Source: an uncultured Alphaproteobacteria bacterium (GTDB lineage Bacteria > Pseudomonadota > Alphaproteobacteria > Rhizobiales > Rhizobiaceae). Taken from it: a stretch of 64,000 bases of DNA. Numbering within the stretch: position 1 is the first letter of the stretch; each line of letters opens with the position of its first letter. Position numbers and translations under genes: made by a program. The notes below the pieces were generated by a model that worked only from the letters and a program-made list of their open reading frames with translations, ran no database searches and was not told the origin of the DNA. The stretch is taken from positions 266,632 to 330,631 of the forward strand of contig CAWBRU010000002.1 of assembly GCA_963791325.1 (NCBI GenBank). Reading direction: 5' to 3'. Positions 50,264 to 59,150 of the stretch are shown here, in pieces.

Positions 50264-53200
50264 CTAGAACCCGACGGTGACGGTTGCGGAGATTGCATGG
50301 TCGGCCGCGGTTTTGCCGAACTGGCCGGAATAGCTGAGGCCGAGGCTTGACTGGCGGCCGAGCGGCAGAGCGAGGCCGGCCTCGGCGACCAGTGCGTCGC
50401 GATCGACCGGAACGCCGGCGACGGAGAACGGCTGGCCGCCCTGGAAGGCAAGGGCCGCGGTCGGCACGATATCGCCATAGGCATGGCGCCAGCCGACGAG
50501 GCCACGGATCTCGAGCGGCAGGGGTCCGGCGAGGGTCGCTGCGGCCCTGACGCCCAGCGTGGTGGTGGCGAGGTCCTGGCTGCCGGCAAGGCCGGTGAGC
50601 GCGGCCGGGCCGCCGGCCGCGCCGAAATCGTCCTGGTGCAGGCGGATCAGCGCCGCGCCGAGGATCGGCTGCCAGAACGCCGCCTCCAGCGCCGCCGGGC
50701 CGAGATCACGGCCGGAGAGGTCGAAGCGATATCCCGCCTCGCCAAAGGCCTGCGCCGTCCAGCCATGGCGGTCGGAGGAGGCGGCCTCGTCGAAGCCCGG
50801 AAAGGCGATCCGCCGGTCGATGCCGGTGCTCATCGAGCCGTAGGCGGCCCCGGCGCTGAGCTCGACGGCGCCGAACGAGGCGCCGCCATAGAGCGCGCCG
50901 AACAGCTGATCGAGATGGCCCGACGCGCCGCGCGCGTCGACGGCGAGGCTGTCATGCAAGGCGCCGGCGGCGGCTCCGAGCCTGAGGCTGCCGCCGGCGA
51001 AGGCGATGCCGCCGAGATCGCCGCCGAGGATCAGTCCGCCGCTGTCGCGCGACAGCGTCGCGGCATTGCCGTCGCCGCGGCTCGTGCCGGCATCGCCGAG
51101 CACCCGGGCCCACAGGCCGGCCGCCGCGCCGGAGGGCGGGCCGAATTTTTGGCGGCCGGGCAGATCGGCGTCATGGCCGGCGGTGAGCGCAAGGCCATCA
51201 GTGCCGCCGCCGGCGATGCCGGCGGTGGTGAACTCGCTGCCGGGCCCGGTGAGCGGGGCCGATGCCCGGCTCAGGCGGTCGAGCACGGCCTCGCGCACCA
51301 GGCGGCTGTCCTCGAAGGCGGCCGTCAAGACGCCGGCATGGACCTCGCCCGACAGCGCATCGAAGGCCTGGCGGGCGCCGCCAAAGCTCTGGCCGACGAC
51401 GGCGTCATAGAGCGGATTGCCGAGGCCGAGCGCCTGCAGGGCAGAAGCCGTCGCCGCCTGGTTGGCGGTGGCGGCGGCGGCGGCAAAGTCGGTGGTCTGG
51501 GCAAAGCCGAGGACCACACCGCCGGCATCGTAGCTCAGCGTGGGCGTCAGAAAGGCGAAGGCCTGGGAAAAGTCGGCCGGCGTGGAGAGGCTGGCAAAGC
51601 TGCCGGAGAGCCCTCCGGCGGCGGTGAGAAAAGTGTAGCGCGAGGCCGGCGTGTAGGCGCCGGGCGCCGGCGCCACCACGACAGTGCCGCCGGCCAGCGT
51701 GGCGGTGCCGGCGACGGCGAGGCGGTCGCTGCGGCCGTCGGGGGCAATGGCGACCGCGAAGGTCGAGCCGGCGGCGAAGCGGGCATCGCCGGCGACGCCA
51801 AGCGTGGTGAAGCGTGTCGCCAGGCCGGGGGCGACGGTCGCGCCGGCGCCGGCCGAGATCGCGCCGACCTGGCCGCGGCCGCCGAGCACGGCGCCCGGCA
51901 TCAGGCTGACGGCCGAGCCGCTGAGCGACCCGTCGACCACCAGCGCACCGGCGGCAACCGTGGTGCCGCCGGAGAAGGAGCTGTTGTCGCCGGAAAGCGT
52001 CAGCGTGCCGGTGCCTTGCTTGGTCAGGCCGCCGGCGCCGGCGATGACCCCGGAGAAGATCCTGCTGGAGTTGTCGCCGCCTGCCGTCAGCGTCGCAGCG
52101 CCCAGCATCACTGCACCGGCGCCGGTGAGCGAGCCGATCGTCTGATTGCGGTTGGCGAGATCGAGCGTGGCACCGGCAGCAAGCGTGTAGGCGCTCGCCG
52201 CGGAAAAGGCATCGGCGGCACCGGCCCGCAAGGTGCCGGCGTTGACCTGCGTAGCACCGCGATAGTTGTCGATACCGGACACGATCAGAACGCCGGTGCC
52301 CTCTTTGGTCAGGCCGCCGGCGCCTGCGATGGCACTCGACAGGGTTGCCGTGTTGGTGCCGGTGTCGATGGTGCCGCCGCCCGTGGCGAGCGTGATGGCC
52401 CGTCCGGTCGAGAAGCCGGTTAGCAACTGCAGGGTGCCGCCGGCGAAGCTGAGCCCGCCGGTCGAGCGGCCGAGATTGGCATCGGCCGATACGGCCAGCG
52501 TCCCGGCATCGAGGGTGGTGCCGCCGGTATAGGTGTTGGTGCCGGTCAAGGTCAGCGTGCCGGGTCCGGCCTGGGTGACGGAGCCGCTGCCGGTGATGAC
52601 GCCGCCATAGGTCATGGCATCGCTGCGGTTGAAGGTGAGCGCGGCATTGTCGACGACCGCACCGGTGATGCTGCCGTTGGTACCGCCGTCGCCGATCTGC
52701 AGCGTGCCGGCATCGATGGTGGTGCCGCCCGCATAGGTATTCACACCCGTCAAGGCCAGCGTGCCGGGACCGGCCTGTATGACCGAACCGGTGCCGGTGA
52801 TCGCGTTCGACAGGGTGACGGCAATCGCCTGGTCGAAGGTCAGGCTGCCGGTCACACCGATGTCACCGGTGAGAGACCAGCCTTGCTGCAAGGTCAGAGT
52901 GTTGGCGCCGCCGGTGAAGGTGATGGCATTGGCCTGAGTGCCGCCACTGGAGAGGCCGCCGGCGATCGTGCCGCTGTCGATCACCCTCAGCCCTGCACCC
53001 ACCACCCCGGCGCCACCGGAACCGCCGGCGCCGTCGTGGCCATTGTCCGAGCCCGCTCCTGTTGCTGTCGTCCCACCGGAACCTGCCTCCCCACCGGCTC
53101 CGCCCTGGATCGTTCCCGTATTGGTCAACTTCGCGCCGGCAGCCGAGGCGCTGAAGCCGGTTCCACCGTCGCCGCCATTGCCGCCATCGCCGCCGTAGCC

Positions 53201-54031
53201 GCCATAGTCATTGATTTTGCGGTAGCCATCGCCGCCATTGCCGCCTATCCCGCCCGTGCCGCCGGTGATGGTCGCGGTGTTGGTGACCGAGGCGGCACCG
53301 GTTTCGAGAAATCCGATCCCGCCGGCGCCACCGCCGCCACCGCCGCCACCGCCGCCACCGTCAGACGAGCCGCCGGCCCCGCCGGCTTCCCCGTTCTCTC
53401 CTGCCGTCGGCGCGGAAACGGTGAACGGCCCATCACTGGTGCCGCCGTTGGCGCCGCCATTGCCGCCGCCGCCGCCGCCGCCGCCACTGCTCTGGTCGTT
53501 GCCGGGTGTGCCATCCAGTCCCGGCCCGCCGCCGAAGGGAGGTGCGCCGCCTAGTCCGGGGCCGCCCTCACCGCCAGTGCCGCCGACCCCACCGCCGGAA
53601 CCGCCGCCGCCACCGCCGCCACCGCCACTGTTGTTAAAAAAGTCTTCGCCGTTTCGGCCGGACTGTCCGTCGCCGCCGCCGTTCCCGCCGAGGCCGCCGC
53701 CTTCTATCAAGGTACCACCGGCGCCCATGCCGCCCTTGCCGCCATCAGCGAAGGCGGGAGCCGCCGACAACGTCAGGGCAGCCGCGATGGCAATGAGGGA
53801 GACATGGCCGAAATGGATCGCGCCCCGGGCCGCGCGAGGTCGCATGCGTGTCGGTAGGGACCAAGACGGCGCCGACATGGCCGCGCCCCCATCACCGGGC
53901 GGGGCAGGTCGAAGAGCGGTGATGCAAGTCCCCCAATCCCTCGGCTTCAAGGGCGTCCCCCACCTGACCGCCAATTTCCCTCGTCCGTGCGGCAATCTCC
54001 TGCCGATCAGTCGCTGAAGGCCAAACGGCAA
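50264..54031 (-). CDS. type Va autotransporter (AT4) with a glycine-rich N-terminal passenger region
   Basis: Intact ORF. The probable start is the ATG at 53878 (MSAPSWSLPTRMRPRAARGAIHFGHVSLIAIAAALTLSAAPAFA). About 330 aa of Gly-rich sequence follow, including a G11 run. PATR repeats and a beta-barrel ending ISATVTVGF* complete it. Confidence 0.85.
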   Translation of the reverse strand: MPFGLQRLIGRRLPHGRGKLAVRWGTPLKPRDWGTCITALRPAPPGDGGAAMSAPSWSLPTRMRPRAARGAIHFGHVSLIAIAAALTLSAAPAFADGGKGGMGAGGTLIEGGGLGGNGGGDGQSGRNGEDFFNNSGGGGGGGGGSGGGVGGTGGEGGPGLGGAPPFGGGPGLDGTPGNDQSSGGGGGGGGNGGANGGTSDGPFTVSAPTAGENGEAGGAGGSSDGGGGGGGGGGGAGGIGFLETGAASVTNTATITGGTGGIGGNGGDGYRKINDYGGYGGDGGNGGDGGTGFSASAAGAKLTNTGTIQGGAGGEAGSGGTTATGAGSDNGHDGAGGSGGAGVVGAGLRVIDSGTIAGGLSSGGTQANAITFTGGANTLTLQQGWSLTGDIGVTGSLTFDQAIAVTLSNAITGTGSVIQAGPGTLALTGVNTYAGGTTIDAGTLQIGDGGTNGSITGAVVDNAALTFNRSDAMTYGGVITGSGSVTQAGPGTLTLTGTNTYTGGTTLDAGTLAVSADANLGRSTGGLSFAGGTLQLLTGFSTGRAITLATGGGTIDTGTNTATLSSAIAGAGGLTKEGTGVLIVSGIDNYRGATQVNAGTLRAGAADAFSAASAYTLAAGATLDLANRNQTIGSLTGAGAVMLGAATLTAGGDNSSRIFSGVIAGAGGLTKQGTGTLTLSGDNSSFSGGTTVAAGALVVDGSLSGSAVSLMPGAVLGGRGQVGAISAGAGATVAPGLATRFTTLGVAGDARFAAGSTFAVAIAPDGRSDRLAVAGTATLAGGTVVVAPAPGAYTPASRYTFLTAAGGLSGSFASLSTPADFSQAFAFLTPTLSYDAGGVVLGFAQTTDFAAAAATANQAATASALQALGLGNPLYDAVVGQSFGGARQAFDALSGEVHAGVLTAAFEDSRLVREAVLDRLSRASAPLTGPGSEFTTAGIAGGGTDGLALTAGHDADLPGRQKFGPPSGAAAGLWARVLGDAGTSRGDGNAATLSRDSGGLILGGDLGGIAFAGGSLRLGAAAGALHDSLAVDARGASGHLDQLFGALYGGASFGAVELSAGAAYGSMSTGIDRRIAFPGFDEAASSDRHGWTAQAFGEAGYRFDLSGRDLGPAALEAAFWQPILGAALIRLHQDDFGAAGGPAALTGLAGSQDLATTTLGVRAAATLAGPLPLEIRGLVGWRHAYGDIVPTAALAFQGGQPFSVAGVPVDRDALVAEAGLALPLGRQSSLGLSYSGQFGKTAADHAISATVTVGF

Positions 54032-54261
54032 ATTTGATCATCGGACCTAATCACGCGATCGTGTTGATTGTCAATCGCCCAGGCGCCGATGAGGTTCGGC
54101 CAACGGCAAAGCCGCAGCCAAGGACGGGGCTCATGGCGCGCCCACTGGATTGCGGAACGCCGGGTTGTTGCCAGTCATGCGCGATGGTTCAAACGCATAT
54201 TGCAACTACAAATGAACACATGGCGAGATCTGCATCTTCTGATCGGTTGATTTTGCATTGG

Positions 54262-54287
54262 TCATCCGATTTAGTCATACGTATGAA
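54262..54287. promoter_or_regulatory. operator-like palindrome upstream of AT4
   Basis: TCATCCGATTTAGTCATACGTATGAA contains the same core as 25985-25998 and 43365-43378. Confidence 0.4.
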
Positions 54288-54808
54288 CTGGTAACATTCA
54301 CCCTTAGGAACATCAGGTATGGCCGGTATGCGTAGCTCTTCACTTCTCACTCGATGCGTGGCTCTCGCAGCGGGCGCCGAGCGTGGGTCTCAGGCCGAAC
54401 GAGCCGATCAAGCGGGCCCGGTGCTCGCCGCCGGTCACGGCCTCTTGGCGCCGCAGATCGCGCAGGGGCGATCCTGGCCCGAGGTGCAGCCCATCGGCAC
54501 GATGCCCGCAGCTGAGATCCCGCCCCGGCTGTGGCTTGCGGTCGACTAAGAGCCGAGGGGACAGGGCGCTTCATCCGGCCCGGCCGGCCGACTGAAGATT
54601 GCATTGCCGCCTACCGTCGCATGGTTGAACGCAGCCATTGCGGGCGTCCGCCCCAGTTCCCGCTGCAGCTGCCGACGGTCCCCTCGCCATTTGCCAGGGC
54701 CGCGGAGCAGCCGACGATTTGAGGTACGCGTCGCGATCGGTCGGTGCGACGGACGGTCGAGAATGAAAGCCGGCTCGTCAGGTCGAGCCATCAACGAAAG
54801 AGGCTCGC

Positions 54809-55834
54809 ATGAAAACTCTGCAAACCGTGGTAGCGACGCATAACGATGCTGAAGGACCGGAACCGGTCAATACGGTTCTTGTCGCCGGCGGTGCCGGCTT
54901 TCTCGGGTCACATCTGTGCGAACGGCTGCTTGTGGAAGGCCGTCGGGTCATCTGCGTCGACAATCTGCTGACCGGCAGCATCGCCAATATCGCGGCACTC
55001 CTGTCGAACCGGAATTTCAGCTTTCTTCGCCACGACATCGTGTTGCCGTTCGAGCCGGGGGAGCCGCTCGGTCAAGTCTACAATCTGGCTTGCGCAGCGT
55101 CGCCGAAGCGCTACCAAGCGAACCCCATCCACACGATGCAGACGAACGTCAACGGAGCGATAAACCTGCTCGACCTTGCGACGCGCGATCAAGCGAAGTT
55201 CTTCCAGGCTTCGACAGCGGAAGTCTATGGCGACCCGATGATCCACCCGCAACCGGAATGGTACCGCGGCAGCGTCAATCTCTCAGGCCCGCGTGCCTGC
55301 CACGATGAAGGCAAGCGGGCGGCGGAGGCCCTGTGCTGCGACTATCGGCGTTGCAGCGGCACCGATGTGCGGATAGCCCGCATCTTCAACACCTATGGTC
55401 CCCGGATGCCGTGCGACGATGGTGGGGTCATCTCGAATTTCATCGTCCAAGCCCTGCGCAGCCAGGACCTGACGGTTTACGGCGATGGCAGCCAGACCCG
55501 TTCGTTCTGCTTCGTCGACGACTTGCTCGACGGCATCGCCTGCCTGATGGCAGCCGAACCTCGTTCAAGCGGACCGATCAACCTCGGCAATCCCGAGGAG
55601 ATCCAGATCGACGACCTCGCCAACCTGATCATCGAGATCGTCGGGTCGAGCTCTCGAGTGGTCTACAAGTCGTTGCCGGTCGATGATCCGAGACAGCGGC
55701 GCCCCGACATTGCGCGGGCACGGCGCGAGCTGGCCTGGGCGCCGCGCGTGGAGCTCAGCGCCGGATTGTGGGCGACCATCCGGCACTTCGAGGATCTTCT
55801 GACGGCTGCCGACCAAGGCCGGCGCGTGCCATGA
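54809..55834 (+). CDS. UDP-glucuronate decarboxylase (UDP-xylose synthase)-like NAD-dependent epimerase/dehydratase
   Basis: VLVAGGAGFLGSHLCERLL..GRRVICVDNLLTGS ... QASTAEVYGDP ... ACHDEGKRAAE ... RIFNTYGPRM is the UXS/ArnA-decarboxylase pattern. The RBS GAAAGAGG is present. Confidence 0.85.
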   Translation: MKTLQTVVATHNDAEGPEPVNTVLVAGGAGFLGSHLCERLLVEGRRVICVDNLLTGSIANIAALLSNRNFSFLRHDIVLPFEPGEPLGQVYNLACAASPKRYQANPIHTMQTNVNGAINLLDLATRDQAKFFQASTAEVYGDPMIHPQPEWYRGSVNLSGPRACHDEGKRAAEALCCDYRRCSGTDVRIARIFNTYGPRMPCDDGGVISNFIVQALRSQDLTVYGDGSQTRSFCFVDDLLDGIACLMAAEPRSSGPINLGNPEEIQIDDLANLIIEIVGSSSRVVYKSLPVDDPRQRRPDIARARRELAWAPRVELSAGLWATIRHFEDLLTAADQGRRVP

Positions 55835-56820
55835 CAACGCGTGCCGTGCTGGTCACCGGCGGCGGCGGCTTCGTCGGCAGCCACACGTGCAAGGCGCTGC
55901 ACCGCGCCGGCTATTTGCCGGTCACCTTCGACAGCCTGGTGCGCGGCAACGAAGAGGCCGTCCTCTGGGGGCCGCTGGTGTGCGCGGATGTGCGCGACCG
56001 CATGGCGCTTCGTGCAGCCATCGAATTCTATGCCCCCGTGGCGGTCATCCATCTTGCCGGGCTTGCTTGTGTCGGCGAGTCGATGACCCGCCCCGCAAGT
56101 TACTATGACAACAACGTAACAGGCACCCTGGCGCTTCTCGATTCGTGTCTGGCGGCCGGGCTGAAGACGGTCATCTTCTCAAGCAGCTGCGCCACCTATG
56201 GCCTACCGGAGACGCTGCCGATCGCCGAAACCGCAGCGCAGCGCCCGATCAATCCTTACGGCCGGAGCAAATTGGCGTGCGAACAGGTCATTCGGGACTA
56301 CGCGGCCGCCTATGGGTTTCGGTTCGCGATCCTGCGCTATTTCAATGCCTGTGGTGCCGACCCGGACCGCGAGCTCGGCGAATGGCATCGGCCGGAGACG
56401 CATCTCATTCCCCGCGCGCTGATGGCAAGCACGGGCCGGCTGCCGTATCTGAAGGTGTTTGGCCGCGACCACGACACCCCGGACGGCACTTGCGTGCGCG
56501 ATTACATTCATGTTGTCGACCTGGCGGCAGCCCACTGCGCAGCCCTGGCCAAACTGGAGGAGAGTGCAGAGTGCCTGACACTCAATCTGGGCACCGGTCA
56601 TGGCTCCTCGGTGAAGGACGTCCTCAGTGCCGTCGAACACCATGTCGGAAGGTCTGTGGCGGTCAGGTATCGCGCCCGCCGGGCCGGGGACCCGCCGGCC
56701 CTGGTGGCCGACGGGTCGTTGGCCAAACGGCTGTTGGCATTCGCGCCGGCATACTCGCACCTCGACTATATCATCGCGACCGCCGCGCCGTTCTTTTGTC
56801 GTGCAGGCGAAGCGGTATGA
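55831..56820 (+). CDS. UDP-hexose/UDP-pentose 4-epimerase (GalE/Uxe-like)
   Basis: The ATG at 55831 overlaps the upstream stop. VLVTGGGGFVGSHTCKAL ... NPYGRSKLACE ... LRYFNACGADP ... DGTCVRDYIHVVDLA. Confidence 0.85.
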   Translation: MTTRAVLVTGGGGFVGSHTCKALHRAGYLPVTFDSLVRGNEEAVLWGPLVCADVRDRMALRAAIEFYAPVAVIHLAGLACVGESMTRPASYYDNNVTGTLALLDSCLAAGLKTVIFSSSCATYGLPETLPIAETAAQRPINPYGRSKLACEQVIRDYAAAYGFRFAILRYFNACGADPDRELGEWHRPETHLIPRALMASTGRLPYLKVFGRDHDTPDGTCVRDYIHVVDLAAAHCAALAKLEESAECLTLNLGTGHGSSVKDVLSAVEHHVGRSVAVRYRARRAGDPPALVADGSLAKRLLAFAPAYSHLDYIIATAAPFFCRAGEAV

Positions 56821-57170
56821 GTGCAATTTGCGGGCCTATCGTCTCTGTCAACGGCCCGGTTTATGCCCGACCGGTGCTCAATCGACCTCAACAGGCGCTT
56901 TTCGCTTGGGGCTTTTATTCTGCAGGCAGCCGGTGCCCCCGTCAGTCTCTAAGCAGGGACACATTCGCCGCCGAGACGAGGCATTAGGATAACGGCGATC
57001 CGAACCTGGCTCTCTGCGCACAAGGGGGTACGGGCGAGCATTCGCACCGCAATCCCTCGCCCTTCTGCGTGGCTTCGCGGCATCACCATGCGCAGTTGAA
57101 AGCACGGATTGCGATGTTTTCGAACCGCACGTTCGTTCCAGAACGACAGGATCTGCATACCCCGAGCCTC

Positions 57171-58295
57171 CTAGAAGCTTCGCTGCGGTATTTTGACGGG
57201 GGTGGCGAAAAAAGCGCTCGACGCCTCAGCGGGGGCGAAGCCGAGCGCTCTGCGTGTCGCTTGCCAGATGACGGCCAACGCCTTCAGGCCAGCGCCGTAG
57301 AGCGTATGCGCGTCGTCATGCGGCGGTCCGCCGTTTTCGCTGCAGGGGCGGTCGAGAATGTCCCGGGCGATCAGGACATTGCCGAGGCCAAGCAATGCTG
57401 AGCTGTTCGGACAAAGACCAAGGCGGAAGGGAGATTGGCCGATCGGTAAGGGATCGCCCGGCTCCTGGGTGACAAGGTCGATCGGAGTGGTCACCGGAGC
57501 GAAGCGATCGGCGACGTAGAGCGTCTTGCCTTCGGGGGACAACGCCATGTCGAAAGGTGCTCCCGCGGCGCTGATCTCGGAACCGAAGCCGGAGGTGCGC
57601 GTGTTGAGCGGCAGGACGGTGTCGTTGGAGGTCAGCGCCACGAACACGGTCCCGCCGTCGGCAGAGACGGTGATGCCGCGAGGCGCCGTTCCGGCCTTGA
57701 GATCGAACACCGCATCGACGGTGTCGGCGATGCAATCGATTCGATAGATGAAGCTTGCCGAACTCAGGTCTTGTACGACCGCCGCATAGACGGACCTGCT
57801 GTCCGGTGTGACGGCAAGGCCGAATATCGAAAAGCCCGGCCCGCCGACCGCAACGGGCTTTCGCGCCCGGCCGCTGCGCAGGTCGAACGGCGTGACCTCA
57901 CCCGCGATCGATCCAGCGACGTAGGCGGTCGCGCCGTCCGGCGCGATGGCAATGCTGCCGGAGCCGTCGAGCGCGACGATCGGCTTGGCCCTCAACGACT
58001 GGGTATCGATGGCCACGACGCCCGGGTCATAGGAGACCAAAAGCTGGCCGCCGTCCGGCGTCATCGCCAGCCCTCTTGGGGTGCCCGAAACGGCGGTCGG
58101 CACCAACTGCAATCCGGGCTGTCGAGTATCGCGGACGAAGACGCCGTCCGTTCCGGCGAGAAAAGCGCGCACGCTGCCGTTGCCGGCCTGCGCGGCCACG
58201 CACAGCAAAGCCGCCAGCATGACCCCGCTCAACCGGCCAAGCCGGCAAAGCCGAGCCGAAGCACCAAGACGGACCTGCATAGTTGTCGAAGACAT
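57171..58295 (-). CDS. secreted YVTN-type beta-propeller protein, paralogous to the AT3 head
   Basis: Signal peptide GVMLAALLCVAAQAGNG. Blades include LAMTPDGGQLLVSY, IAIAPDGATAYVAGS, LAVTPDSRSVYAA, ITVSADGGTVFVAL and MALSPEGKTLYVAD. It is collinear with AT3 residues ~155-485. The last ~70 aa are unrelated. Confidence 0.75.
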   Translation of the reverse strand: MSSTTMQVRLGASARLCRLGRLSGVMLAALLCVAAQAGNGSVRAFLAGTDGVFVRDTRQPGLQLVPTAVSGTPRGLAMTPDGGQLLVSYDPGVVAIDTQSLRAKPIVALDGSGSIAIAPDGATAYVAGSIAGEVTPFDLRSGRARKPVAVGGPGFSIFGLAVTPDSRSVYAAVVQDLSSASFIYRIDCIADTVDAVFDLKAGTAPRGITVSADGGTVFVALTSNDTVLPLNTRTSGFGSEISAAGAPFDMALSPEGKTLYVADRFAPVTTPIDLVTQEPGDPLPIGQSPFRLGLCPNSSALLGLGNVLIARDILDRPCSENGGPPHDDAHTLYGAGLKALAVIWQATRRALGFAPAEASSAFFATPVKIPQRSF

Positions 58296-58580
58296 CTCTT
58301 TCCATCAGACGCTATGTGGAAGCTGAACCGACACGTGACCAACGCATCACGCCGCCACTGATCGGGCCTATGATTAGGTCAATTGACTAATGTTAGCAAC
58401 AAATCTGAACTTGTATTCCGGCGAGCTGAAACGTGGGGTTGCAGAAGCTTGAACGAGGCTGTTTTTCAGCTCGAGAGCGTCGGGCTGCGTCGATGTGATG
58501 GCGGAGGCCCCCCATCTGCATCCGGCTGAGAGCTCAGGCCGGATGAACTGCCGGGCGGCCGCGGGCGGACCGAAGCGCGT

Positions 58581-59150
58581 TCAGAGCTTGGCTATGGCGG
58601 CGCTGAAACCGGACAAGGAGATCGGCAGGTCGATCTCGCCGCCTGTGGCGGCGGTGACGCGCACGTCGAAGGTCGAACCGCGCTTCATTGTGGCGAGCAT
58701 CGCCGCGTCGAGCTTCACTGTTGCATAGCTGCCGTTCTGATCGGCGGTGGTGATCGGGAATGTCGTGCGCTGGCCCTGGTCGACAGCGATCTTGACACCG
58801 TCTGTGAGCAGAATGCCATGCGGCAAAGCCAGCGTAGCAGCCAGCGCTCCGCCATCGGCCTTGGCGACGCTGACCGTGAGCACCCGCTGCCCGGTGCCTT
58901 TGGCAACCAGGGTCTGCGAGGCCGCGCAAGTCAGGTCCCCCTCGGCGCCTTCGCCGGCACAGGTGACCGTCCATGGCTGCTTCTTGGCCGGCGGGGCCGG
59001 CGTCGCGGCCTGCGCTGCGGTGGCGCTGTTGTCCTCGGCCGCAGCCGCGGCCGGGATAGCAAGCGCCAGCGTGACCGCAGTGGCTACCCCTGTCAGCGCC
59101 CGACAGACGCGCTTGTCCGATGCCGCTGCGAAGAGCCCTGTCATTGGCAT
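58581..59150 (-). CDS. invasion-associated locus B (IalB)-family periplasmic protein
   Basis: 189 aa with a signal peptide. WTVTCAGEGAEGDLTCAASQTLV...GQRVLTVSV... and a C-terminal ...ISLSGFSAAIAKL are the IalB-family pattern. Confidence 0.7.
   Translation of the reverse strand: MPMTGLFAAASDKRVCRALTGVATAVTLALAIPAAAAAEDNSATAAQAATPAPPAKKQPWTVTCAGEGAEGDLTCAASQTLVAKGTGQRVLTVSVAKADGGALAATLALPHGILLTDGVKIAVDQGQRTTFPITTADQNGSYATVKLDAAMLATMKRGSTFDVRVTAATGGEIDLPISLSGFSAAIAKL

Noticed and set aside
52950-53760. RTX/hemolysin-type calcium-binding repeats in the glycine-rich regions
   Set aside because: The nonapeptide GGxGxDxUx periodicity is absent. The proteins end in autotransporter beta-barrels rather than a T1SS C-terminal signal. 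No T1SS genes are nearby.
28152-54031. Two-partner secretion, contact-dependent inhibition or polymorphic toxin system
   Set aside because: All four large proteins carry their own C-terminal beta-barrel (type Va). There is no TpsB/Omp85 partner, no C-terminal toxin domain after a VENN-like motif, and no small immunity-like ORFs.
54290-54808. Possible transposase, integrase or glycosyltransferase remnant in the 780-bp gap between AT4 and the uxs-like gene
   Set aside because: I translated all six frames by eye. Only short Arg/Pro-rich ORFs of 60-85 aa appear, and I recognise no motif in them. I cannot support any call without a database search.
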